From positions 8,405-72,404 of the forward strand of contig JANNSD010000050.1 of NCBI GenBank assembly GCA_031402225.1: a stretch of 64,000 nucleotides of DNA, in the 5' to 3' direction. The translations under genes and the position numbers were made by a program. The DNA is from Gemmatimonadota bacterium. Its GTDB lineage: Bacteria > Gemmatimonadota > Gemmatimonadetes > Gemmatimonadales > GWC2-71-9. Position 1 is the first letter of the stretch. Each line of letters begins with the position of its first letter. The notes under the pieces are model-generated. The model made no database searches. It had not been told where the DNA came from and worked only from the letters and a program-made list of their open reading frames with translations. Below are positions 11,845 to 19,844 of the stretch, piece by piece.

Positions 11845-13646
11845 GCCGCCTCCCCGGTGGTGATCGGCACCTGCACCTCGACCCGCGCCCCGGCGCCGGG
11901 GCGTCCGTCGAAGCGGACACTGCCGCCAAGTGCCGCGATGCGTTCACGCATGCCGGTCAATCCCATGTGTCCCTCACGTTCGAGCAGCGCCGTATCGGTA
12001 GTATGCGGCCCGACACCATCATCGGCGACGACGAGCACCAGCGCGTGTTCCCGCACCGCAATCTGCACCGCTACCGCCCCGGCGTTGGCGTGGCGCACGA
12101 CGTTGGAGAGCGCCTCCTGCAGGGCACGGAAGAGCGCGAGCTCTGCGTCCTTCGAGAGGGCTGGCAGTCCCCGGGGCGCATCCAGCGTGATGTGAATGGC
12201 GCTCCGTTCGCTGAAGTCGGCCACGAGCGAACGCAGCGCCGGCAGCAGGCCCAGGTCGTCCAGCAACGAGGGACGCAGGTCGTTCACCACGCTGCGGATG
12301 CCGCGGATGCCCTTGTCGACCAGGCCGAGCAGGCGCTCCAATCGGGGCGCCGCGATATCCGGCACCTGACCCCGCAGGAGCTCGAGCTCCATCTTGACCG
12401 CGGAGAATACCTGCGCCGTCTCGTCGTGCAGCTCGCGGGACAGCCGGCGGCGCTCCTCTTCGTGCTGCTCCAGCATGCGGGCCGAGAGGCGGGCCAGTTC
12501 CACGGTGCGGGCCTGGAGCCGCTCGTGCAGGTCGGCGTTGGCGAGGGCCGCGCCGACCTGCCGCCCCAGCGCCTGCAGGAAATCATCGTCGAGCGCGGTG
12601 AAGGGATCGCGTGCGTCGCCCGTGAGGACGAGGGCACCGGACGGCTCGGTGCCGGTGAACACCGGTAGCACCGCCATGTAGGCGATCGCATCGCGCCCGC
12701 GCCCTCCCGGGATCAGCTGGCCGTCATCGGTCACCTGGGGCCGGCCGGTGCTCATCGCCGCCTGCAGCGCCGGGGCGGTGCCTGCCTCGGGTGGACGCCC
12801 CGTCCAGTCCGCGATCTGCCCGGCACCACGCTCGAAGCGGCCGGTCTCCCGCAGGTACAGCGCACTGCCGCGCACCGCCGGCAGGGTCAGCGGACGTGCC
12901 AGCAGGGCGGTGAGCACATCACTACGTCCACGTCGCTGCAGGTCACCAGAGAGATCGGTGAGGGCGCGAAGGCCGCGCCCGAGGTCGTCAAGCACGAGGA
13001 TCATGATGCCGGTGCCGACGGCCAGTGCGAAGGCGATGTCGAGGTAATACCCCCACGGCGCCCACGCGCCCCGCGCGCGGAGGAATGGATAGTCGAGATG
13101 GTGCAGGCTCCACAGGAGGAAGGCGCAGGCGAGGATGCCGGCGCCAGTGGAGCCGACCAGCTTCCAATAGCGGAAGAACACCCAGCCGGTCCAGAGCGTG
13201 GCGAGGCTCAGGAACAACACCGCCGGTCCCGCCGCGAGGAAAAAGTTGTCCATCTGGTAGATAGCGATGTATGCCCACAGAAGCGGGAAGAGCGCCGCCA
13301 GCAGGTAGGCGGGCCGCCAACGAACCTGGCGGGAAAAGACGAGTGCCGCCCACAGCAGCGAGAGCGCCGTCCAGCCGGTGATCACCTGGTGCCAGTAGAG
13401 CCAGGTCCAGTTGCGGGTGAGGAGGAATCCCATGATCGCGCCGAGGCGCAGCACGTACAGGCCCCACGCGGTCGCATACCAGGCGAAGTAGATCTTGCCG
13501 TAGCGCTGGTAGAGGAACGCACAGAGGAGGGCCAGGCAGCCGGTGATGGCGGCTTGGAGGATCGCCGCGTCGAGCTCGAGTGCGGTGGCCAGCGCGATGG
13601 GGGTTTGCACTGCCCAAATCAAGCGGCGCCATGCCGTTAGTTTCAA
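11841..13646 (-). CDS. Membrane sensor histidine kinase (multi-TM sensor, GAF-like, HisKA_3, HATPase_c)
   Basis: About 6-7 N-terminal TM helices. HisKA_3 H-box LSRELHDETAQVF and ATPase motifs (NVVRHANA, DDGVG, GLTGMRERIAALGG). The start codon at 13646 is TTG. Confidence 0.9.
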   Translation of the reverse strand: MKLTAWRRLIWAVQTPIALATALELDAAILQAAITGCLALLCAFLYQRYGKIYFAWYATAWGLYVLRLGAIMGFLLTRNWTWLYWHQVITGWTALSLLWAALVFSRQVRWRPAYLLAALFPLLWAYIAIYQMDNFFLAAGPAVLFLSLATLWTGWVFFRYWKLVGSTGAGILACAFLLWSLHHLDYPFLRARGAWAPWGYYLDIAFALAVGTGIMILVLDDLGRGLRALTDLSGDLQRRGRSDVLTALLARPLTLPAVRGSALYLRETGRFERGAGQIADWTGRPPEAGTAPALQAAMSTGRPQVTDDGQLIPGGRGRDAIAYMAVLPVFTGTEPSGALVLTGDARDPFTALDDDFLQALGRQVGAALANADLHERLQARTVELARLSARMLEQHEEERRRLSRELHDETAQVFSAVKMELELLRGQVPDIAAPRLERLLGLVDKGIRGIRSVVNDLRPSLLDDLGLLPALRSLVADFSERSAIHITLDAPRGLPALSKDAELALFRALQEALSNVVRHANAGAVAVQIAVREHALVLVVADDGVGPHTTDTALLEREGHMGLTGMRERIAALGGSVRFDGRPGAGARVEVQVPITTGEAA

Positions 13647-13680
13647 CTGGGTAGTTCACCGGATGCTCGAAGGGTCCTCG

Positions 13681-14811
13681 ATGCCAGTCAGTGTTCCCGA
13701 CCTGCCAGCAGTTGAGTTTCGCGGCGTCACCAAGCGCTATGGCTCGACGTCGGCGGTACGCGACCTGTCGTTTGCCGTCGCCCGGGGAGAGTTCTTTTCC
13801 CTCCTCGGTCCGTCGGGCTGCGGCAAGACGACGACGCTGCGCCTGCTGGCCGGGTTCGAGGCGGCAGACGAGGGGGAGATCCGCCTTTTTGGTGAGGTGG
13901 TGAACCATCGCCGGCCCTATGAACGCGATCTGGCCATGGTGTTCCAGAGCTACGCGCTCTTCCCCCATCTCTCCGTGGAGCGCAATGTGGCGTTCGGCCT
14001 GGAGCAGCGAAAGCGGCCGGCACGCGAAATTCGCGACCGGGTGCGCGCCGCGCTCGATCTGGTGCGGCTCGACCCCGACGTGTACGCGTCACGCCAGCCG
14101 TCCGAGCTGTCGGGTGGCCAGCGGCAGCGGGTGGCCCTCGCCCGGGCCCTGGTGCTCGAGCCCCGGGTCCTGCTGCTCGATGAACCGCTGGGTGCACTCG
14201 ACCTCAAGCTCCGGAAGGAAATGCAGGTCGAGTTGAAGGCGCTCAACCAGCAGCTCGGCGTGACGTTCATCCATGTTACGCACGACCAGGAAGAGGCGCT
14301 GGCCATGAGCGACCGGATTGCGGTCATGGACCAGTCCCAGCTCGCCCAGCTCGGCACCCCGGCCGAGATTTACGAGAATCCGCGCACGGCGTTTGTCGCC
14401 GACTTCATTGGGGAAGCGAATTTCCTGGAGGGAACAACGGCGGGGCGGCAGGCCGGCACGGCGGCAGGTGCATCCGGGTGGCTGATCGCTGGCGACGCGG
14501 GCGGCTTTCTCGTTCCGGAGCATCCGGCCATCGTCGAAGGCGGCCGTGTCCGCATTGCCGTCCGCCCCGAGTGGCTGGATCTGTGGCGACCGGACTCCCT
14601 GCCGGTCGGCGAGAACGGCCTGTCCGCGACCGTGCAGGACCTCCTCTACCTGGGCGAGACCATCCACGTGCGGGTGCTGCTCGCCGACGGGCGGGCCATG
14701 CTCATCGCGCTCCGCAACGAGGGCCAGCTGCTGAATCCGCTGCCGTGGAGCCGGGGTGATGCCTGCGTGGTGGGCTGGCGACCGGAAGACTGCCAGGTGC
14801 TGGAAGGGTGA
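13681..14811 (+). CDS. potA: Spermidine/putrescine ABC transporter ATP-binding protein
   Basis: GPSGCGKTT, LSGGQRQRVALARAL, LLLDEPLGALD and a C-terminal TOBE-like domain. ATG 13663 is an alternative start. The track start 13543 lies inside the divergent kinase gene. Confidence 0.9.
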   Translation: MPVSVPDLPAVEFRGVTKRYGSTSAVRDLSFAVARGEFFSLLGPSGCGKTTTLRLLAGFEAADEGEIRLFGEVVNHRRPYERDLAMVFQSYALFPHLSVERNVAFGLEQRKRPAREIRDRVRAALDLVRLDPDVYASRQPSELSGGQRQRVALARALVLEPRVLLLDEPLGALDLKLRKEMQVELKALNQQLGVTFIHVTHDQEEALAMSDRIAVMDQSQLAQLGTPAEIYENPRTAFVADFIGEANFLEGTTAGRQAGTAAGASGWLIAGDAGGFLVPEHPAIVEGGRVRIAVRPEWLDLWRPDSLPVGENGLSATVQDLLYLGETIHVRVLLADGRAMLIALRNEGQLLNPLPWSRGDACVVGWRPEDCQVLEG

Positions 14812-15695
14812 CGCTGCGGCGCCGGGTCCTGCGCGGGATCGCGCGTCGTCCGGGAGCACCGGGCGTGCTGCTGGCCGGGCCGGGCGCGCTCTGGCTGCTC
14901 GCGTTCTTCCTGGTACCGATCCTGATCCTGCTCGGGTACAGCTTCATGCCGCGCGGCACCTACGGCGGGGTGGAACCGGGCATCACGCTCGAGCACTACC
15001 GGCGGTTCCTCGACCCGCTGTACCTCGGGATCCTCCGGCGCACCGCCTGGCTGTCGCTGCTCTGCACGCTGGTGTGCCTGCTGCTGGCGTACCCCACCGC
15101 GTATGTCATCGCGCGGAGCGGACGGTGGCGAAACCTCCTGCTGTTCCTGGCGGTGCTGCCGTTCTGGACCAGCTCGCTGGTGCGCACCTATGCCATGATC
15201 TTCCTGCTGCGCGATAGCGGGCTCATCAATCGTATCCTGATGGATCTCGGGCTGATTGTCGCCCCGCTGCGGCTGCTGTATACCGAGGGGGCGGTGCTCG
15301 CGGGCCTGGTGTACGGGGCGCTGCCCTTCATGATCCTGCCGATCTACGCCTCGCTCGAGAAGCTCGACCCGGCCCTGCTCGAGGCCGCGGAAGTGCTCGG
15401 GGCGCGGCCCTGGACCCGATTTGTCCGCATCGTGTGGCCGCTCACGCTGCCCGGCGTGGCGGCGGGGTCGCTGCTCGTCTTCGTGCCGTCACTCGGATCG
15501 TTCGTGGTGCCCGACCTCCTGGGGGGTGCGCGCCAGATGATGATCGGCAACCTGATCCAGAACCAGTTCGGTCCCTCGCGCAACTGGCCCTTCGGGTCGG
15601 CGGTGGCCTTCGCGGTCATGGCGCTCGTCCTGATCGCCATGCTCGCGGTGCTCCGGGTGAACAGGCCGCCGGCCGGACAGGGTGGCGCGGCGTGA
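14808..15695 (+). CDS. potB: Polyamine ABC transporter permease
   Basis: 295 aa with 6 TM helices and a binding-protein-dependent transport inner-membrane signature. The start overlaps the potA stop. Confidence 0.9.
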   Translation: MTLRRRVLRGIARRPGAPGVLLAGPGALWLLAFFLVPILILLGYSFMPRGTYGGVEPGITLEHYRRFLDPLYLGILRRTAWLSLLCTLVCLLLAYPTAYVIARSGRWRNLLLFLAVLPFWTSSLVRTYAMIFLLRDSGLINRILMDLGLIVAPLRLLYTEGAVLAGLVYGALPFMILPIYASLEKLDPALLEAAEVLGARPWTRFVRIVWPLTLPGVAAGSLLVFVPSLGSFVVPDLLGGARQMMIGNLIQNQFGPSRNWPFGSAVAFAVMALVLIAMLAVLRVNRPPAGQGGAA

Positions 15696-16477
15696 CGGCG
15701 CGACGCGTTCCCTACGCCGTGACCGTGACCGCGGTGCTGACGTATGTCCTGCTGCACCTGCCGCTCCTGGTACTGATTGCCTTCTCGTTCAATCGCTCGC
15801 GCTTCGGCGTGCAGTGGGGTGGCTTCACCCTCGACTGGTATGCCCGGCTTGCCGCGCGCCCCGACATCCTGCGGGCGCTGCGGCTGAGCCTGGTGGCCGG
15901 CGTGGCCTCGGCCCTGCTCGCGACCACCATGGGCACGCTGGCGGCGCTGGCGCTCGCCCGGCACCTGCCGCGGGCGCGCCGCCGCGCCGAGGCGCTGCTC
16001 TACCTGCCCATCGTCACGCCCGAGATCGTGGCCGGCGTGTCGTTGCTGGTGCTCTTCTCCTGGCTCGGGATCGGGCTTGGCATGGCGACCATCGTCATGG
16101 CCCACACCGCGTTCAGCATCCCGTTCGTGACCGTGGTGGTGCTGGCGCGGCTGCAGGGCACCGACCGCGCGCTCGAAGAGGCCGCGATGAGCCTCGGCGC
16201 CGACGAGTTGTCCACCTTCCGGCGGGTGACGCTGCCGCTGCTGATGCCCGGTGTGCTCGCCGGTGCGCTGCTCGCGTTCACGCTGTCGTTCGACGACTTC
16301 GTCACCACCTTCTTCGTCGCCGGCGTGGGGTCGACCACGCTGCCGCTGGCGGTGTATTCCATGGTGCGCAAGAGCGTCGAGCCGACCATCAATGCGCTGT
16401 CGGCCCTGCTGGTGATCGTGACCACCGTCGCCGTGTACTTCGCCGACCGCCTTGCACGCGGCAGCACCCGGGCATGA
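15692..16477 (+). CDS. potC: Polyamine ABC transporter permease
   Basis: GTG 15692 overlaps the potB stop (GTGA). VTARRVPYAVTVTAVLTYVLLHLPLLVLIAFSFN is a typical PotC N-terminus. The track ORF starts earlier (15434), inside potB. Confidence 0.9.
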   Translation: MTARRVPYAVTVTAVLTYVLLHLPLLVLIAFSFNRSRFGVQWGGFTLDWYARLAARPDILRALRLSLVAGVASALLATTMGTLAALALARHLPRARRRAEALLYLPIVTPEIVAGVSLLVLFSWLGIGLGMATIVMAHTAFSIPFVTVVVLARLQGTDRALEEAAMSLGADELSTFRRVTLPLLMPGVLAGALLAFTLSFDDFVTTFFVAGVGSTTLPLAVYSMVRKSVEPTINALSALLVIVTTVAVYFADRLARGSTRA

Positions 16478-17553
16478 CACCGCACGCGCGCAGCCGTCGC
16501 GACTTCCTCGCCACGGCCGCGCGCGCGGCGCTCGCGGCCTCCGTGGCCGCACCGGTGCTCTCCGCCTGCGCCGGCGAGCGGCGCCCTCCCGCGCCGGGTC
16601 TGGAGCCGGAGCTCAACATCTACAACTGGTTCGACTACATCGGCCCGGAAACCATCGCCGGCTTCGAGCAGGAGTTCGGTGTCCGTGTCACCTATGACAC
16701 CTATGAGAGCAACGAGGAAATGCTGGGCAAGCTGATGGCTGGTGCCACGGGGTACGACCTGGTCGTCCCCACCGGCTACCAGTTGCCGCTGCTCCGTGAG
16801 CGCGCCCTCGTGCGGCGGCTGGACCGGTCGAAGCTGACCAACTGGGGCAACCTGATGCCGCTCTTCCAGGGCACACCCGCCGATCCCGGCGGTGAATACG
16901 GCGTGCCCTGGCAGTGGGGGATCACCGGCATTGCCTATCGCGCTGACCTGCTGCCGTCGGCCCCCGAGAGCTGGGCCGCCTTCCTTGACGGGTCGGCCAC
17001 CGGCAGGGCAACGATGCTGGACGACGGACGCGAGGTGCTGGGCGCGATGCTGCGCTATCGCGGGCATTCCCTCAACTCGACCGACCCCGCCGAACTGGCG
17101 GGGGCTCGGCAGGACGCCATCGCGGCCAAGGCGCACCTGCTCGCGTTCATGACGTCGGCGGTGAAGGGACAGCTGGTGGCGGGCGATGTCGCGATGGCGC
17201 AGTCCTGGAATGGCGACACGCATCAGGCGCAGCGCGAAAATCCCAACATCGCCTTTGTGCTGCCCAGGGAAGGCAGCCTGATCTTCAACGACTACATGGT
17301 GCTGCTGAGCGACGCGCCCCACCCCAACGCAGCGATCGCATTTCTCGACTACATCCTCCGCCCCGATATCGGTGCGGCGATCAGCGAAGAGACGGGGTAC
17401 GGAACCCCGAACCGGGCGGCGCATGAGCGCATGCGGGATCCCATTCCGTATCCGTCGCCGGAAGAGCTGGCCCGGCTCGAGTACCAGCTCGACCTGGGCG
17501 CGGCGACCGCGCTCTGGGACCGCACCTGGACCGAGGTGAAGGCGTCCGCCTGA
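16474..17553 (+). CDS. potD: Polyamine-binding periplasmic protein (PotD/PotF family) with Tat-type signal
   Basis: ATG 16474 overlaps the potC stop (ATGA). The Tat-like signal is SRRDFLATAARAALAASVAAPVLSAC. YNWFDYIGPETIAGFEQEFGVRVTYDTYESNEEM is typical of PotD/PotF. The 623-aa track ORF is an out-of-gene extension. Confidence 0.9.
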   Translation: MTPHARSRRDFLATAARAALAASVAAPVLSACAGERRPPAPGLEPELNIYNWFDYIGPETIAGFEQEFGVRVTYDTYESNEEMLGKLMAGATGYDLVVPTGYQLPLLRERALVRRLDRSKLTNWGNLMPLFQGTPADPGGEYGVPWQWGITGIAYRADLLPSAPESWAAFLDGSATGRATMLDDGREVLGAMLRYRGHSLNSTDPAELAGARQDAIAAKAHLLAFMTSAVKGQLVAGDVAMAQSWNGDTHQAQRENPNIAFVLPREGSLIFNDYMVLLSDAPHPNAAIAFLDYILRPDIGAAISEETGYGTPNRAAHERMRDPIPYPSPEELARLEYQLDLGAATALWDRTWTEVKASA

Positions 17554-17622
17554 CCCGGGGTGCGGTCCCCTGATTCGGGTTGCGGCGGCGCCCGTCCGGT
17601 GGCACCTTGGGCAAGCACATCT

Positions 17623-19110
17623 ATGCCCAATACCTGGCCGATTTCTCCTCTCGAGCAGTTCTCCCGGCGCTTCGGGGATCTGGTCGCGCTCCTCCGAGCG
17701 GACCCGTCCAACGACGCGGCCCAGGATCTCGCGCTGGAAACGTGTACCGCCATCGCGAACAGTCAGCCGATCCGGCTCGAGGCGGGCGTGGAACTCGTTG
17801 GTGAGGAACAACCTCTGAGCCTGAAGGGGCGCCTGCTGGCTCGACAGGTGGATGGGATCAGCATCAGCCCCGGCGTCGAGGAAGAAGAGCTGCTGCGGCT
17901 CGCGCGCGCGCTGGCCCACGACTCGGCGCCGGTCGTTTCCAGCCCCCATATCAACGCCCAATTGATCGAGGCAGTAGTTCCAAATTGGAACGGCCTGACC
18001 ATCATGGACGGCGGGTCGGAGATTTTCTCGCCTCCCCGCGACGGCGGTGACCGGCGTATCAGTGTTGACCGGCGCGACCTGCTGCGGGGTGTTCGCCACC
18101 GCGGTCAGGAGCGTCGGCGCACCGAGCGGCGCGTCACCGGCGAGCGCCGCCTGGTGCTGGTGAAGCATGTCGCGACCGACGTGCAGAAGGTGCACGAGCG
18201 CTTGGCGCGGGCGATCAAGGAAGCCGACTGGCGGTCGGCCCTGCATCTGGCCTCCGTGCAGCTGCGGACGCTGCCGGCGGTGCCTTACGAGGATCGCCGA
18301 CGTCAGTCGATCCTGCTCCGGCGCCAGTTGAGCCCGGCTGCGTTCGAGGGCATCGTGCGGCTGGCGCTGGCCGACCCGGTCGAGGCGGCTCGCGCGGCAG
18401 CGGTGCTGCGCTGGGGCGGGCTCGACGCCGCGGAGGTGATGCTCCGGGTGCTGATGGAAGCCGAGTCGGTGGGTCCGCGTCGCATGCTGTTCGAGGTGCT
18501 GGGCGGCATGCCCGAGATCTACCCGATGGTCCTGCCATACCTGTTGGGCGGGGCGCCGCATGAGGTGCGGCATGCCGCGGAACTCGCCGGCCGGCTGCGG
18601 AACCCGGCGGCGATCGACCCGCTCAAGCGACGGCTGGCCGACCACGATGAACGGGTCCGGGCCGCGGTCATTCAGGCGCTGGCCGAGTTTCCCCTGGGTG
18701 AGGTGGTGGAAAGCATGCGGATCGCCCTCGCCTCGCCTTCTCCCTCCACCCGATTCGCCGCGGTGGATGCCATCGGGCGTCGCCGGGCGCTCGGCTTTGC
18801 GATGCCGCTCCTCTCGCTGCTGGAGCAGGAGCGCGACCCGCAAGTCTGGAAGGCGGCGGTGCGGAGCCTGGCGCTGCTGGGCACGCCCGACGCCCTGACG
18901 GGGCTGGCGCGCGCGGCGCTGGTGAAGCGCTCGCTCATCACGGGGAAGGGCTGCTCGGTGGAGCAGCGCCTCGAGGTGGTGCGTGTCCTGGCCCAGCTCC
19001 GCAGCCAGGGTGTCCGCGCCACGCTCGAGCGCATCGCTCGCGAAACCGGCGAGCCGGTCCGGGGCGAGGCAGTGCGCGCGCTGCAGGAACCACTGTCGGC
19101 GGCGGGGTAG
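17623..19110 (+). CDS. HEAT-repeat protein
   Basis: The C-terminal half has repeated HEAT/PBS-lyase-like units (HEVRHAAELAGRLRNPAAIDPLKRRLADHDERVRAAVIQALAEF, STRFAAVDAIGRRRALGFAMPLL, PQVWKAAVRSLALLGTPDAL). The middle contains an Arg-rich DRR/ERR stretch. The start is uncertain (ATG 17623 versus track 17560). Confidence 0.7.
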   Translation: MPNTWPISPLEQFSRRFGDLVALLRADPSNDAAQDLALETCTAIANSQPIRLEAGVELVGEEQPLSLKGRLLARQVDGISISPGVEEEELLRLARALAHDSAPVVSSPHINAQLIEAVVPNWNGLTIMDGGSEIFSPPRDGGDRRISVDRRDLLRGVRHRGQERRRTERRVTGERRLVLVKHVATDVQKVHERLARAIKEADWRSALHLASVQLRTLPAVPYEDRRRQSILLRRQLSPAAFEGIVRLALADPVEAARAAAVLRWGGLDAAEVMLRVLMEAESVGPRRMLFEVLGGMPEIYPMVLPYLLGGAPHEVRHAAELAGRLRNPAAIDPLKRRLADHDERVRAAVIQALAEFPLGEVVESMRIALASPSPSTRFAAVDAIGRRRALGFAMPLLSLLEQERDPQVWKAAVRSLALLGTPDALTGLARAALVKRSLITGKGCSVEQRLEVVRVLAQLRSQGVRATLERIARETGEPVRGEAVRALQEPLSAAG

Positions 19111-19175
19111 CAGCCCTACCGTTTCCGCGCCGCTGCCCCTACCGTTACGGCCTACCGCATTCGGGGGATCGCCAG

Positions 19176-19334
19176 GTGAATACGTTCGGGATGATTTTCG
19201 CGGGTATTGGCGCGGGCGCGATCATCGGTGCGCTCGGGTTCGTGTCACTGGTCATCGGCGGGCTGGTGAACGCCATGATCCTGCTGATGGCTGGCCCGCT
19301 GGTAGACAAGATGCTGGGTAAGAAGGCGGCGTGA
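19176..19334 (+). CDS. Candidate 52-aa two-helix hydrophobic peptide (below the ORF-track size cutoff)
   Basis: GTG 19176 lies 6 nt after GGGGGA. It reads VNTFGMIFAGIGAGAIIGALGFVSLVIGGLVNAMILLMAGPLVDKMLGKKAA, with GC-rich third positions and a basic tail. There is no homology evidence. Confidence 0.35.
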   Translation: MNTFGMIFAGIGAGAIIGALGFVSLVIGGLVNAMILLMAGPLVDKMLGKKAA

Positions 19335-19344
19335 GGCGCCTGAG

Positions 19345-19704
19345 CTAGATCTCCTCGGCGGGCGCGTCCCGCTCCGGGGTTGTCGCCTTCTTGAGAGCAC
19401 CCTCGTAGTTGGCACGCAGCGTCCCCAGGAGTTCTCGCAGCCCCCGCACCTTCATCTGAACACCTCCGCCGCGTCGGGCCATCGTGCCCATGATTCCGGC
19501 GGCATCCGCCACCCCGGGCAGGCCCAGCGCCTGCGCGTTGGCCTTGACCTCATCGAGCATGCGGCAGAGACCGCGGATCGCGGTGTCGTCCGCTTTCGCC
19601 GACGACAGGAGTTCAATAACGCCGGTGGCGCGCTGGAACTTGGGCGGCAGCGTCTCGAGGTACGAGAGCTGTTGGTGCTGCTTCGAGGTCAGCTTGAGGG
19701 CCAC
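19345..19704 (-). CDS. Hypothetical helical protein (119 aa)
   Basis: Clean ORF with coding-like composition, convergent with the small ORF. I recognise no motif in it. Confidence 0.55.
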   Translation of the reverse strand: MALKLTSKQHQQLSYLETLPPKFQRATGVIELLSSAKADDTAIRGLCRMLDEVKANAQALGLPGVADAAGIMGTMARRGGGVQMKVRGLRELLGTLRANYEGALKKATTPERDAPAEEI

Positions 19705-19844
19705 GGGGTGAAGCTCCGACCGGCGGGAGGCGCGCAGGTAAGCGTCAATCTACTGGAATCGGTGAAACCGGCGGTCCCTGCCCTTCCGTATGGCGGTCGG
19801 CAGCCTGAGGCCACCGACTGTTCATCCTCCACGCCTGAGCTGCC

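Noticed and set aside
15682-17553. 623-aa track ORF for the polyamine-binding protein.
   Set aside because: The N-terminal 264 codons run through potC in another frame. The Tat-type signal at ATG 16474 (ATGA overlap with potC) is the credible start.
16000-18843. 947-aa minus-strand ORF, the longest of a class of large antisense ORFs. Others include 19941-22214, 27053-29437, 5558-6874, 8139-9176, 38210-39574, 55550-57040, 35878-37365, 47450-48385 and 43233-44174.
   Set aside because: All lie antisense to genes with clear family signatures (potCD/HEAT, RND pump, M14, DUF3943, thiC, LVIVD, dnaE2, aminotransferase, glnA, htpX). Their translations are Arg/Gly/Pro/His-rich low-complexity sequence, typical of shadow ORFs in high-GC DNA.
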